A stretch of 64,000 bases of DNA from Bacteroidota bacterium (GCA_003252385.1 QKEH01000137.1:6598-70597); one strand, 5' to 3'; counted from the stretch's first letter, positions 1 through 10,654 are shown. A program made the numbers and translations. Notes: generated from the letters alone by a model not told the origin.

Positions 1-1500
1 AACCAGTGTTACATCGAACACACCCTGCCCAAAGGTACATCGCCCGAGGCTGTGGCTCATAACCTAAAGCAGATTACGGAACATTTTCAAAGCTATCCTG
101 AGGTCGATATGGTAGTTACCAGCCTGGGAATGACCCCGATGCGCTACTGTTTGGTACGGGGTATGATGGCGGAAAATGCCGATAACTACGGCGAGTTGAT
201 TGTCAATTTCAAGGATTACGAGAGCATGCAGCGCATGCGCCCTGTATTTCAGAAATACCTCCGCGAACAATTTCCGGAAGCCATTAGCCGTATACGCAAG
301 TATTCGCTTTCCATAAAATCGACCCACTCGGTCGAAGCCGAATTTACCGGCCCCGATCCGAAGGTGCTTAAAGAACTCAGCAACCAGGTGCAGCAACTCA
401 TGCTGCAAAACCCCCATGTGGATCCCTACACCGTTTGCGACGACTGGAACCCCAAAGCCCGCACCCTGCGTGCAGTTTACAGTCCGGTGCCCGCCAGCCG
501 CAACAACATTACCCGCAGCGACCTGGGCAATGCCATTCTTGCGGCCACCGACGGGCTTCCGATAGCCACGGTATACCAGGGCGAAACTCCCTACCCGGTG
601 CGTTTCAGAGTACGAAACAACCAGGGGAAACGCATCGAAGATTTGAACGATATTCCGGTTTGGAGTTCCCTGCCCAATATTAACACGGGTATGGATAAAA
701 ATACCCTGATGGGGCTATTTAGTGGCACCATCGATTCGGACGAACTCCTAAAGGAAAGCCTGGGTACCGTTCCGCTAGGCTCGGTAACCCGTGGGGTCAA
801 ATTGGCCTGGGAAGAGCCGGTAGTGCGGCGTCGTAACGGAAAACGGACTATTCAGGCACAATGCGAACCCCGCGACGGGTCGAGCCCGGCACAGGTGCAA
901 AATGAACTTAACCACCTGGTCCGGAACATCCGCCTGCCCGAAGGCTATTCCATGCGTTGGGTAGGAGAGGCCGAACTGAAAACCGAAGGACTAGCCGGTA
1001 TCATCAGTTTCATTCCCTTAACGGCAGCCATTATGATTCTGGTTCTGCTGCTGCTTTTCAACGATTACCGCCGCCCTCTGATCATCATTCTCTGCCTGCC
1101 CATGTCCATTATCGGCATTGTACCCGGCTTGCTTTTGGCCGGCCAGCCGTTCTCTTTTATTGCTATTGTAGGGGTTATTGGGCTAAGTGGTATGATCATT
1201 AAAAATGCCATTGTACTGCTCGACGAAATTGAGCACCGCCTGAAAAAGAGCCACACTCCGTACCGTGCAGTGGTGGATGCCACCATTTCGAGGGTACGTC
1301 CTGTAATTATGGCTTCGCTTACCACTATACTGGGTATGATTCCCCTGCTGAACGACCCCATGTACGGTTCGCTGGCGGTTGCCATTATTGCCGGGCTTAC
1401 CGTTGGCACACTGGTAACGCTGGTTTTTGTCCCCATTTTATATTCGTTGTTCTACAGCGTGCGGGTCGAACCGCAGGATGCGGGAATTTCACACAGTTAA
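1..1500 (+). CDS. RND efflux transporter permease (AcrB/CzcA-type), C-terminal part; 5' end outside window
   Basis: The frame is open from nt 1, with no stop before the ATG at 52. The translation ends in the last TM bundle typical of RND pumps (IISFIPLTAAIMILVLLLLF, PVIMASLTTILGMIPL). A TolC-like gene starts 12 nt downstream. Confidence 0.88.
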   Translation, partial: NQCYIEHTLPKGTSPEAVAHNLKQITEHFQSYPEVDMVVTSLGMTPMRYCLVRGMMAENADNYGELIVNFKDYESMQRMRPVFQKYLREQFPEAISRIRKYSLSIKSTHSVEAEFTGPDPKVLKELSNQVQQLMLQNPHVDPYTVCDDWNPKARTLRAVYSPVPASRNNITRSDLGNAILAATDGLPIATVYQGETPYPVRFRVRNNQGKRIEDLNDIPVWSSLPNINTGMDKNTLMGLFSGTIDSDELLKESLGTVPLGSVTRGVKLAWEEPVVRRRNGKRTIQAQCEPRDGSSPAQVQNELNHLVRNIRLPEGYSMRWVGEAELKTEGLAGIISFIPLTAAIMILVLLLLFNDYRRPLIIILCLPMSIIGIVPGLLLAGQPFSFIAIVGVIGLSGMIIKNAIVLLDEIEHRLKKSHTPYRAVVDATISRVRPVIMASLTTILGMIPLLNDPMYGSLAVAIIAGLTVGTLVTLVFVPILYSLFYSVRVEPQDAGISHS

Positions 1501-1512
1501 TAGGAGGATATC

Positions 1513-2922
1513 ATGAACAAATTCGGATATATCGTAATCCTGCTGCTTACCGGCCTTTCGGGTCAGGCGCAGCTGCCCCTTAACCTCACCCTGGACAGGT
1601 GTCGAACCTTGGCTTTGGAAAATAGCACCACCCTTAAAAAGGCCGATGAAACCCTCAATAAGGCCCGGGGAGAAAAAATGGCGGCACGGTCGGCGTGGTT
1701 TCCCAACATCTCTGCAACGGCCACGGGAGTGTATTCGCATAACGAAATCAGCAAAGATCTCTATCTGCCAACCCAGGTTTTTGATCCCCTAACGGGCGAG
1801 CTGGTGCCCAATGTGGCAATCAATCCTTTAACAGGCGAGCCTATAATGGGACCTGACGGCAATCCGGTATTTGCCAGCTATGCGTACCTGCCTCTGGATA
1901 TTACTCTTCAGGGGGGCGGTGTGGCCGGTGTAAAGGCCGATCAGCCCATCTATGCCGGTGGCCGTATTGGGGCTGGTAATAAAATGGCTCGTCTGGGCGA
2001 AGAAATGGCGCAAACCAACCGCATGTTACAGCAGGCGGAAATACTGTATAAGACCGATCAGGCATACTACCAATACCTTTCGGTGAAGGAAAAAGTGGTA
2101 CTGGCCAACCAATACCTTCAATTGCTCGATCAGCTGGCACAAGTGGTTCAGAACAGCTACGAAACCGGTATGACCCATCAAAATGAGTGGCTGAAAGTAC
2201 AAGTAAAACGGAATGAGGCACAAATAGGGGTTCAGGAAGCTGAAAACGGACTGCAGCTGGCCGGAATGGCTCTGTGCCAGGTAATGGGTATTGCCGTAGA
2301 TACCCCCCTAGAAATTAACGATAGTTTAACTGCGGGGTCCCTTCCTTTCGACAGCCTTCCCGAATTGCAGTTGAACAACCGCCTCGAAGCCCGGCTGTTG
2401 AACGGGCAAGTTGAGCTAGCTGAACAACAGGTGCGTCTGGTGCGCGGCAATTACCTGCCAACGGCAGGGATATCGGTAGGGTACAATTACTACACCCTGG
2501 CGTTGCAGGATGCCGACAATTTCAGCCACTCCGGCCTGATGGCGCTGGGCAGTGTTAAAATTCCCCTGACCACCTTTGGCGAGGGAGCCGGAAAAATGAA
2601 GGCTGCTAAGGCCGACTACCAAATGAAACAACTCGAAAGAGACGAAACCGAAGCGCTCCTTCAGCTGGAACAAAAACAGGTGCAGCTCAACTACCAAACG
2701 GCCTGCCATAGGGTGCAGCTGTCCACCGACGCGCTGGCTCAGGCTGCCGAAAACCGGCGTATCCGCAACGATCGGTACGAATTGGGGCTGGAAACCCTAG
2801 CCGATTTACTGGAAGCCCAGGCCGAATGGCAAAAAGCCTATAGCGACCGGGTAGATGCGGTGACCCGCTTAAAAATTCAGGAAAGCAACTACCGGCGCAT
2901 CGCAGGTCAGATAGCCCCGTAG
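1513..2922 (+). CDS. TolC-family outer-membrane efflux protein
   Basis: 469 aa with a signal peptide (LLLTGLSGQAQ). It has two long coiled-coil/beta repeats with typical OEP wording (LTLDRCRTLALENSTTLKKA, ETLADLLEAQAEWQKA). It is adjacent to the RND permease. Confidence 0.88.
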   Translation: MNKFGYIVILLLTGLSGQAQLPLNLTLDRCRTLALENSTTLKKADETLNKARGEKMAARSAWFPNISATATGVYSHNEISKDLYLPTQVFDPLTGELVPNVAINPLTGEPIMGPDGNPVFASYAYLPLDITLQGGGVAGVKADQPIYAGGRIGAGNKMARLGEEMAQTNRMLQQAEILYKTDQAYYQYLSVKEKVVLANQYLQLLDQLAQVVQNSYETGMTHQNEWLKVQVKRNEAQIGVQEAENGLQLAGMALCQVMGIAVDTPLEINDSLTAGSLPFDSLPELQLNNRLEARLLNGQVELAEQQVRLVRGNYLPTAGISVGYNYYTLALQDADNFSHSGLMALGSVKIPLTTFGEGAGKMKAAKADYQMKQLERDETEALLQLEQKQVQLNYQTACHRVQLSTDALAQAAENRRIRNDRYELGLETLADLLEAQAEWQKAYSDRVDAVTRLKIQESNYRRIAGQIAP

Positions 2923-3030
2923 AATCGGTAGCACGGCCCAAAATGAATATCTTTACCGTGGTAGGCTAAGCCCTATCCAAAATACACACTCTGGCATCCA
3001 AACGGCGGCCGACTAAAACTTTCGAACAAA

Positions 3031-3804
3031 GTGGTACAGGTACTTATTATTGAAGACGAAGCCCACAACAGCCGTATGCTGCAAGGTTTGATGAAGCAAA
3101 TGCGCCCCCAATGGCAGGTGGCTGCCCTGCTCGAAAGCGTAGCCGAAAGTGTCGAATGGCTGAAACATCACCCGGCACCCGATCTGATACTCATGGATAT
3201 ACAACTGTCGGATGGCATCTGTTTCTCTATTTTCGACCAAGCGACCATTGCACCTTCCACCCGTATTATATTTACCACAGCCTACGACGAATACGCCCTT
3301 CGTGCTTTTAAGGTGAACAGTATCGATTACCTGCTCAAACCGCTCGACGAAAAGGAACTGGAAATCGCTTTACAAAAGTTTGAACAGTATTCCCGTGCGG
3401 TACACGAAGTGGAGGCAATGAACTATCAGGCTTTGGTGGCCTCCATCCTGGACGGCAAAAAGGACTACCGTTCCCGCTTCCTTATTTCGGGAGTGACCAG
3501 TTTTCAGAAGCTGGAGACCAACCAAATTGCCTATATTTTCAGCGATAGCAAACAAAGTTTTGCAGTAGCTTTCGATGGTAAACAGTATCCGCTCGATTAC
3601 TGTTTGGAGCAGCTCGAAAGCCAACTGTCGCCGGAACAGTTTTTCCGGGTCAACCGCAAAGTAATTGTCAATATCGAAGCCGTAAGCAGATTGGGTTCCG
3701 AGGATGGGGGACGCCTGCAGGTATTCCTTACTCCCAAACCCGGTTTTGAGGTGATGGTGAGCCGATTGAAAGCGACTGAATTAAAAAACTGGATGGGAAA
3801 ATAG
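3031..3804 (+). CDS. LytTR-family response regulator
   Basis: N-terminal receiver domain (VLIIEDE, LILMDIQLSDG, IIFTTAYDEYA, DYLLKP). C-terminal LytTR DNA-binding domain (FFRVNRKVIVNIEAV). Uses a GTG start. Confidence 0.9.
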   Translation: MVQVLIIEDEAHNSRMLQGLMKQMRPQWQVAALLESVAESVEWLKHHPAPDLILMDIQLSDGICFSIFDQATIAPSTRIIFTTAYDEYALRAFKVNSIDYLLKPLDEKELEIALQKFEQYSRAVHEVEAMNYQALVASILDGKKDYRSRFLISGVTSFQKLETNQIAYIFSDSKQSFAVAFDGKQYPLDYCLEQLESQLSPEQFFRVNRKVIVNIEAVSRLGSEDGGRLQVFLTPKPGFEVMVSRLKATELKNWMGK

Positions 3805-3806
3805 TC

Positions 3807-4895
3807 ATGTTTAATGAGAAAAACCTCCGCCTGTTAGTCAATCTGGGCACCTATAAGCCCCGTTTTCTGGCGCTTCGAATACTGTTGGTTTCCTGCACGG
3901 CAACCTTTATTCTTTTTATTGCCATGGCCGTTACCGAAGAAGATCCGCAACGCAGTGAATTGCTACCCATGGGCTTTGTTATCCTGATAGTTTCGTTTAA
4001 CACCATAGCGGAGGCCAATATTTTCTTCATGCGATTGATGCAGCGCAACCGGCGTCTTCGGTGGAACTTGTACCTCCAGTCGATTTGTATTTTAGGAATT
4101 ACCCTGCTGCTACTCCTTTTTTGGATCCAACTGGCCGAAAAAATGCTGGTGCCCAACATTATGGAGCACACCATGGCGCGTATCACCATCACCATTGGCT
4201 TGCTTACCTTGTTTATTCACCTCCTGATCATTATTATTTCCAACCTCACCTCCGAATGGATGGACAACCGTAAAGAGATTGATACCCTGAAGCAAGCCAA
4301 GTTGCAGAGCGACTACAACTCCCTGAAGGATCGTCTTAACCCGCATTTCCTGTTTAATAACCTGAGCGTTCTCAAATCGTTGATTCATTTCAACCCTGAA
4401 GCCGCCGGGAAATTTACTCAGGATTTCACCAATGTATACCGCTATGTGCTCAGCAGCCACGAAGAAGAAACGGTTACCCTGCAGGAAGAACTTAAGTTCC
4501 TCGAATCGTACATCGCATTGCACAAGGAGCGCATTGGCGAAGGCCTTCAGGTGCATATGAACATTGACTCAGTGCATTACACTTGCTTTTTACCTCCCAT
4601 GTCGTTGCAGCTGCTGGTCGAAAATGCCATTAAACACAATGTGGCGAATAAAACACAACCTTTAACCATTACCATCGCTTCGTCCGATGAGTATATTCTG
4701 GTAAGAAATAACCGAAATACCAAAGAAGATACCTATTCGAGCCTCACCGGACTAACCACCCTGCGCGCGCAGTTTCAGCTACTGGCCGGTCGCGAGGTAC
4801 GTGTAGAAGAAAATAACTCGCATTACAGTGTTTACCTGCCCCTGCTAAGCCGTAGTCAGTTGAAAAGGCCCAATTCACAAGTACCCACGGGCTAA
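3807..4895 (+). CDS. LytS/YehU-type sensor histidine kinase
   Basis: Multi-TM N-terminus followed by the His_kinase motif NPHFLFNNLSVLKSL and an ATPase N-box (LLVENAIKHN). Starts 3 nt after the regulator's stop codon, so the pair is probably translationally coupled. Confidence 0.85.
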   Translation: MFNEKNLRLLVNLGTYKPRFLALRILLVSCTATFILFIAMAVTEEDPQRSELLPMGFVILIVSFNTIAEANIFFMRLMQRNRRLRWNLYLQSICILGITLLLLLFWIQLAEKMLVPNIMEHTMARITITIGLLTLFIHLLIIIISNLTSEWMDNRKEIDTLKQAKLQSDYNSLKDRLNPHFLFNNLSVLKSLIHFNPEAAGKFTQDFTNVYRYVLSSHEEETVTLQEELKFLESYIALHKERIGEGLQVHMNIDSVHYTCFLPPMSLQLLVENAIKHNVANKTQPLTITIASSDEYILVRNNRNTKEDTYSSLTGLTTLRAQFQLLAGREVRVEENNSHYSVYLPLLSRSQLKRPNSQVPTG

Positions 4896-4968
4896 CTGTA
4901 CGATGGATTGGGGAAATCCACTTCCTTCAAAAGACTTTTGGATACGCTGCCATCCTTTCAGTTAGCTA

Positions 4969-6096
4969 TCAATTTTTTACGATTTTCGCACACCAAACGG
5001 TATTTTCATGGAACAGTTTTAGAAAATACATTCCATTCTGCAAGGCACACACATCTATCCCTGTTGCTGTCGATATGATTCCTGTTTTTACCATCGCACC
5101 CTTAAGGTCGGTAATATTGTAATTTACAGGGGTCGGAACCTGCCCTGAAAGATAGATCTTATCGGAAACCGGATTAGGGAATATTTTCCAGGCATCCAGT
5201 GGATTTTTATCCAGGGAATCACGGTTACGATAATTTGGCTGGTGTGCCAATTGCTGTCGCGATAAGAACTCCCACATGATTTCATTGCCGTTATAACCGG
5301 TATTTTCTTCCGTGGGCCAATGGTGCCCCAGGTATGTGTATACGTAAAGCTCCACATCGGACTTTCCATCGGGCGACGACCAGTGTTTTCCAGTTACACT
5401 ATCGTTTTGCATGATCATATCCGGTGGGGAGGTACATCCGTTTATGGCACACCAGGTGGCAATAACCTCTTCGGCAGGAGGAATTTGGAAACCATAAAAC
5501 GGCATGCCTTCGTAGAGTATGGTGTTATCCGCTAAACCATGCGTGTAAAAAATGGGAACCGTAAATTCCGGATTACAATGCTCATACATCATCTGACCCG
5601 CATACGGTGCGGCGGCTGCAACTTTGTGCGATAATTCGGCAGCCACCCGGTATGCCATAAAACCACCGTTGGATCCACCCGACACATAGATACGCAAACT
5701 GTCAACCGGATACTTGGCAATTATCGTATCAATCAAAGCAGCAATAAACCCAATATCATCGCTATGGATCCAGTCCTCGTACTTACCCCCGGCGTTCCAC
5801 ATGGTATGTCCAGTAGATTCGGTAAGGGCAGTTGGGAAAACCCCAATAAATCCTTTGGAATCCGCTAATCCGATCAAGCGTCCCGAATATCCGATACCGG
5901 TTCCACTATACCCATGCAGAAAAATAAGAGCCGGAACTGTTATGCCCGGTTCCAGGTTATTGGGAACATACACATTATAATCCCGGTTCACTCCGTTGTG
6001 CATTAGTTTAAAATCCTGGGATTTCGTTTTAGATACGGGTAAAAACATGCTGATCAGCAGCAGTAGTTGGTATTTGCTAAATGGAAATGTGATCAT
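4969..6096 (-). CDS. Secreted alpha/beta esterase (PHB-depolymerase/CE1-like) with T9SS C-terminal sorting domain
   Basis: Signal peptide, a LHGYSGTG oxyanion region, and the nucleophile elbow GGSNGG. The C-terminal ~75 aa (IFPNPVSDKIYLSG...NGMYFLKL...KIVKN) look like a Por secretion tail. Confidence 0.75.
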   Translation of the reverse strand: MITFPFSKYQLLLLISMFLPVSKTKSQDFKLMHNGVNRDYNVYVPNNLEPGITVPALIFLHGYSGTGIGYSGRLIGLADSKGFIGVFPTALTESTGHTMWNAGGKYEDWIHSDDIGFIAALIDTIIAKYPVDSLRIYVSGGSNGGFMAYRVAAELSHKVAAAAPYAGQMMYEHCNPEFTVPIFYTHGLADNTILYEGMPFYGFQIPPAEEVIATWCAINGCTSPPDMIMQNDSVTGKHWSSPDGKSDVELYVYTYLGHHWPTEENTGYNGNEIMWEFLSRQQLAHQPNYRNRDSLDKNPLDAWKIFPNPVSDKIYLSGQVPTPVNYNITDLKGAMVKTGIISTATGIDVCALQNGMYFLKLFHENTVWCAKIVKN

Positions 6097-6509
6097 GTTG
6101 AATTTCTGTTGTTCAGGTTAGATTTAAATGAGAATGAAGTCATTTCGCCATCTAAGCCCCGATGTAAACCATGGAGGTGAGAACACACTACAGTCCACCC
6201 TAAAAGTACGCACTTTATGGAACCATTTGTTTTCAGAAAGCGGATGGCTGAGCCAGTTGCTGCACAAGAAGCGAACAGGTGTTCCATGCAAATCCGTCTG
6301 TCTATCCTGTTCCAACAGGAAGTACTATCCATTACTTGAAAATAGCCATAAAGAAATTGAATTTTTTTATTCTAAAATTAGTTAATAGTTGTCTTTACCA
6401 GGCCATTGCGAAAACAAATTGTTAAATGGAGCTGCAATCATGGGCAGGTTTGTAGTATAATATTGCTTTTTGCAGGGATCGGTTGGAGGCACATATGTCC
6501 AAGTAACGT

Positions 6510-7670
6510 TTATGTGCATGAAACCACCAAGTTCTTCACCTGCTTATACAACATCCCGTCAATTCTAAGAGCATTTATGCCAGCTGCCAGTTCGGAAAAG
6601 GCGATGGTGTTGTTGCATTGATCAAAACATCCGGGTTTTACCAGGTTGCCAACGCACGAGTACATTGGGTACGAAGTACTACTGTTAAAACTATTTTCAA
6701 TGCGAATACCTGAACTGGCAGGATTGGGTAAAACAACCGATTCATCAATATTTTCCGAAATTTCTGCAGGTTCCAAAAAAGTAGGCTTCAAATCAGATAA
6801 TCGGTATCTGGAGAAAAACTTCCATATTTCAGCTGCTGCCTGAATATCCATGTTTCCTGGCTCTTGTTCAAATCCCGGCCAGTAATGCAAACCTCCCGTA
6901 ATTTTAAATAGTTCAACCTGAGCCCCTCCATGGCAGCCGGAATAGATAATATGTTCCACCGTGCTGTGGTCGTCGGTAGAAAGGTTCGGAACCTGAATTA
7001 TTTCTGGCTCGGTACTGCAATGATTATAATTTACCCAATACCCAATGGAAGCTTCAACCGATAAATACTGACCGTACACATTTCCGTTATAGGCTACTGC
7101 CGGGTCATTTGTGCCGTGAAAATGGATTACGGGAGTAGGGTGTATTGGACTCCGCTCCCAAAGGGTTTCATAAAGCATACAGCCCGAAACCGGCGCTATG
7201 GCTGTAAAAATTGCGCTTTTTTGCAGGGCCAGTATATAGCTCATAAATCCACCCTGTGAGAAACCGGTACTATATACCCGGTTTGTGTCTATGGAATAGC
7301 TGGTTCGTAGGGCATGGTACAGGGAGTCTACAAAATCAACATCGTTGTCGCTGCCCGGGAGGTTGCCTAAGTTCCATGAAGTGCTTCCGACAGTGTTTTC
7401 CAATGCTTGCGGACACACAATAATAAAACCGGCGGTATCGGCCACCGGTTTCAGCCCCGATTTTATCAATATCCAGGGACCATTGCTGGTATATCCATGA
7501 AAACAGAATATCAGGGGAACTGCATCCGCCCCGGTGTAGGAGGCTGGAACATACAAGGTGTAATTCCTAGTAATGCTATTGTGCGTAAAAGTTTCATTCA
7601 GGGTCTGCTGTGCCACAGCCTCATGCATGAGGAAGGCAGCCAAAATCAGGAATAGGGATTGTGTTTTCAT
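6510..7670 (-). CDS. Secreted alpha/beta esterase (PHB-depolymerase/CE1-like), paralog of 4969..6096, probable T9SS tail
   Basis: Signal peptide (LAAFLMHEAVAQ), FHGYTSNG, and the nucleophile elbow GFSQGG. It aligns along its length with the neighbouring esterase. The C-terminus (VVLPNPASSGIRIEN...) is T9SS-CTD-like. Confidence 0.72.
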   Translation of the reverse strand: MKTQSLFLILAAFLMHEAVAQQTLNETFTHNSITRNYTLYVPASYTGADAVPLIFCFHGYTSNGPWILIKSGLKPVADTAGFIIVCPQALENTVGSTSWNLGNLPGSDNDVDFVDSLYHALRTSYSIDTNRVYSTGFSQGGFMSYILALQKSAIFTAIAPVSGCMLYETLWERSPIHPTPVIHFHGTNDPAVAYNGNVYGQYLSVEASIGYWVNYNHCSTEPEIIQVPNLSTDDHSTVEHIIYSGCHGGAQVELFKITGGLHYWPGFEQEPGNMDIQAAAEIWKFFSRYRLSDLKPTFLEPAEISENIDESVVLPNPASSGIRIENSFNSSTSYPMYSCVGNLVKPGCFDQCNNTIAFSELAAGINALRIDGMLYKQVKNLVVSCT

Positions 7671-7923
7671 ACAGAAGGATTTGATTCATGATAGTAGGAC
7701 ACATGGAATATCAAAAACCCGTACTTAAGGGGCAGCCCCGCATTCCCAGACAGTTCGTTATGTTAGCCGTTTTGGCAAGGTAATCCTGCTAAAAGTTCCC
7801 ATATCCGGCCTGAAACCAATGGGAAGTTTGCACTTTTCACTCCACATCGTAAAACGAAGTTGCCCAATCCTGCTTCCATGCGGTTATTCGAATAGTCGGA
7901 TTCTAAAGTTCCTTTGCGATCGA

Positions 7924-8625
7924 TTATTCCGTAATCGGATAGGCATCCCAGGAATGGAGCGTGTCGCCGGCAGCTACCAGCACAGCCTGTAAATGCACGC
8001 GAATAGGGTAGTACGCGTTTAAATTATCAACGCCGGCTCCATAGCCCCAGCGGTCATCCAAAATCTGATTGGTTGCATTTAACAGAACTACCAGAAAACG
8101 GTCGGGACGGTTCCAAACAATCGGAGAAGCCAACTGGCAATCGGGCTCCCAGCACGTCGCTAAACTTTGTTTGGCCTGATACAACCCCGGTTGGCTAAAC
8201 TGAAGGTTGTCTCGGGAAGGGAATTTTTCCTTATACGGATTTCCTCCGCAGCCTCCATTCCACTGAAAACCAAGCTGATACTTCACCGGCCGCGTGTCGG
8301 CCTTGGTAAGTACGGAAACCCGGTAGTAGAGGGTGCCGTCCTTAAAATTTACCGGTTGCAACCAGTTGTAGGGCAGGCTGTCAGCAGGCACCAATATGGA
8401 GAAACCCATCAGTTTGGATTCCGATTCGCCATCTTCATGGGTAAAAACGGTATCCAACAGGAGTATTTCCCGGGCGCTTGAAACGTGCGGCGAAGTGTCG
8501 GATAGAGGAAAAATAGTGGTGCTGTCGCTATCCTTGCTGTGTCGACTGCTTCGCCGTTCTTTTTCGCAGGTCGATGCTGCCAGCGCAATAAATATGGCCA
8601 GAACTATTCGGGATGTGGTATTCAT
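7924..8625 (-). CDS. Hypothetical lipoprotein
   Basis: I prefer the internal ATG at 8625. It gives MNTTSRIVLAIFIALAASTC (a lipobox Cys), and a -7 box (CAAATTTA on the + strand, 8649..8656) sits 24 nt upstream. I recognise no family. Confidence 0.55.
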   Translation of the reverse strand: MNTTSRIVLAIFIALAASTCEKERRSSRHSKDSDSTTIFPLSDTSPHVSSAREILLLDTVFTHEDGESESKLMGFSILVPADSLPYNWLQPVNFKDGTLYYRVSVLTKADTRPVKYQLGFQWNGGCGGNPYKEKFPSRDNLQFSQPGLYQAKQSLATCWEPDCQLASPIVWNRPDRFLVVLLNATNQILDDRWGYGAGVDNLNAYYPIRVHLQAVLVAAGDTLHSWDAYPITE

Positions 8626-8648
8626 GCTTGTTGGATGATAGGGTGTAA

Positions 8649-8656
8649 CAAATTTA
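8649..8656 (-). promoter_or_regulatory. Bacteroidota -7 promoter box (TAAATTTG on the minus strand)
   Basis: Matches the TAnnTTTG consensus 24 nt upstream of the ATG at 8625. Confidence 0.4.
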
Positions 8657-8796
8657 AAGTTTTCTCGCATTGGTTGTATCAACAGGAGGTTTCTTCCTTG
8701 CAAATTCTTTTTCATAAAGTTTGTCGTCTCCTAAGGCTTAGGCTACGATTAGGCCGTCCGTTCAATTATTCCCTTTGAAAAGAAAAAGGAAAAATC

Positions 8797-8804
8797 TATT
8801 TTTG
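8797..8804 (+). promoter_or_regulatory. Bacteroidota -7 promoter box TATTTTTG upstream of sucD
   Basis: Exact TAnnTTTG match 73 nt upstream of the ATG at 8877. Confidence 0.35.
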
Positions 8805-8876
8805 GCACGTTTTGAAGTAGAGGTGGCCTGCATGGCTATCGGCTTCAATAGGTTTCAACTAAATAGAATCAGAACG

Positions 8877-9749
8877 ATGAGTGTACTTGTAAATAAGGAT
8901 TCGAAAATTATAGTACAAGGGTTTACCGGCAGCGAAGGAAGCTTCCATGCCGAGCAGATGATTGCCTATGGATCGAATGTGGTAGGAGGAGTGACCCCCG
9001 GTAAGGGTGGCCAAACCCATTTGGATAAACCCGTTTTTAATACCGTAGCCGAAGCGGTGGAAAAAGCCGGAGCCAATGTGTCGGTCCTATTTGTACCCCC
9101 AGCCTTTGCGGCCGATGCCATTATGGAGGCAGCCGATGCCGGCATTGCCGTGATCGTATGCATCACTGAGGGAATACCCACAGCCGACATGATCAAAGTG
9201 AAACAGTATCTGAAAAATACCCAAAGCCGGTTGATCGGCCCCAACTGCCCGGGAGTTATCACCCCCGACGAAGCCAAAGTGGGCATCATGCCCGGTTTCA
9301 TTCATAAAAAAGGCCGTATTGGCATTGTTTCCCGTTCGGGAACGCTTACCTACGAAGCCGTAGATCAGATTACTAAAGCCGGCCTGGGGCAAAGCACCTG
9401 TATCGGAATTGGTGGCGACCCCATTATTGGTACCACCACTCTGGATGCCGTGCAACTGCTCATGAACGATCCCGAAACCGATGGTATTATCATGATCGGT
9501 GAAATTGGAGGCAGTATGGAATCGGAAGCCGCACGCTGGATTAAAACCCATGGCACCAAACCCGTGGTGGGCTTTATTGCCGGACAAACCGCCCCCAAAG
9601 GACGTCGTATGGGTCATGCCGGAGCCATTATCGGCGGAGCCGATGATACCGCTGCAGCGAAGATGGCCATCATGCGCGAATGTGGCATTCACGTGGTCGA
9701 ATCGCCGGCCAACATTGGCAGCACCATGTTAGCGGCCCTTAAAAAGTAA
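8877..9749 (+). CDS. sucD: Succinate--CoA ligase subunit alpha
   Basis: Begins [28 protein letters not shown]. The phosphohistidine loop GHAGAII and the CoA-binding motifs are present. The start is moved to the internal ATG, which gives the canonical N-terminus. Confidence 0.95.
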   Translation: MSVLVNKDSKIIVQGFTGSEGSFHAEQMIAYGSNVVGGVTPGKGGQTHLDKPVFNTVAEAVEKAGANVSVLFVPPAFAADAIMEAADAGIAVIVCITEGIPTADMIKVKQYLKNTQSRLIGPNCPGVITPDEAKVGIMPGFIHKKGRIGIVSRSGTLTYEAVDQITKAGLGQSTCIGIGGDPIIGTTTLDAVQLLMNDPETDGIIMIGEIGGSMESEAARWIKTHGTKPVVGFIAGQTAPKGRRMGHAGAIIGGADDTAAAKMAIMRECGIHVVESPANIGSTMLAALKK

Positions 9750-9851
9750 TAAATTGTCATCCGGCAAACGGAATAGCCGACCCTGCCCATGGCATCCGGT
9801 GTTCCGTTCCGCCTTTTAACAGTACCTATATAAACAGTTAAACACTTAATT

Positions 9852-10598
9852 ATGAATCTTCTAGAAGGAAAAACGGCCATCGTTACCGGTGCCGCCCGCG
9901 GAATTGGAAGAGCTATTGCTCTTACTTTTGCCAAAGCAGGGGCCAATGTAGCGTTTACCGATCTGCAACTTAACGAAAATACCGAATCGCTGGTGAAGGA
10001 AATTGAAGCCCTGGGGCGCAAGGCGAAAGCCTATGCTTCCGATGCCAGCAACCTCGCTCAGACTGAAGAGGTGGTAGCCAGCATTGTGGAGGAATTTGGC
10101 ACCGTGGATGTACTGGTTAACAACGCCGGCATCACCATGGATACCCTGCTTATGCGGATGACCGAACAACAATGGGACACCGTCATCAATGTCAACCTGA
10201 AATCGGTGTTCAACTTTACCAAAGCCGTGCAGCGTGTTATGCTGAAGGCTAAAAGTGGCTCCATTGTCAACCTGAGCTCGGTAGTGGGCGTGCATGGCAA
10301 TGCCGGACAAGGAAACTATTCGGCTTCCAAAGCGGGTATCATTGGCTTCACCAAGTCGATGGCACAGGAACTCGGATCGCGTAATATTCGTTGCAATGCG
10401 GTAGCTCCCGGTTTCATCATCACCGAAATGACCGGTAAACTTACCGAAGAACAACGCAAAGCCTGGGAAGACTTTATTCCTATGAAACGAGGAGGTACCC
10501 CCGAAGAGGTGGCCAACGTATGCCTCTTCCTGGCTTCCGATATGTCATCGTACGTAAGCGGGCAGGTGCTGAGCATTTGCGGCGCCATGAAAACCTGA
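9852..10598 (+). CDS. fabG: 3-oxoacyl-ACP reductase (SDR)
   Basis: TGAARGIGRAIA cofactor motif, NNAG, and the YSASKAG catalytic motif. 248 aa. Confidence 0.9.
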   Translation: MNLLEGKTAIVTGAARGIGRAIALTFAKAGANVAFTDLQLNENTESLVKEIEALGRKAKAYASDASNLAQTEEVVASIVEEFGTVDVLVNNAGITMDTLLMRMTEQQWDTVINVNLKSVFNFTKAVQRVMLKAKSGSIVNLSSVVGVHGNAGQGNYSASKAGIIGFTKSMAQELGSRNIRCNAVAPGFIITEMTGKLTEEQRKAWEDFIPMKRGGTPEEVANVCLFLASDMSSYVSGQVLSICGAMKT

Positions 10599-10622
10599 TC
10601 GACCTAAAACTGAATAATCCGG

Positions 10623-10654
10623 GGTGTACGGCATTTTGTTGTACACCTTTTTTT
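10623..10654 (+). terminator. Rho-independent terminator after fabG
   Basis: GGTGTAC-N11-GTACACC hairpin followed by T7. Confidence 0.6.

Noticed and set aside
6097-6509. Small ORFs (6093..6332, 6124..6315, 6128..6385, 6406..6621) in the spacer between the two esterase genes
   Set aside because: They are mutually overlapping, lack motifs, and have odd composition. The region is more likely the promoter and 5' region of the downstream esterase gene.
8626-8876. N-terminal extensions of tracked ORFs 7924..8715 and 8775..9749
   Set aside because: Internal ATGs give a canonical lipoprotein signal (8625) and the canonical SucD N-terminus (8877). The -7 boxes fall inside the extensions.
9087-10454. 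Minus-strand ORFs of 201 aa and 197 aa opposite sucD and fabG
   Set aside because: Shadow ORFs of highly conserved genes.
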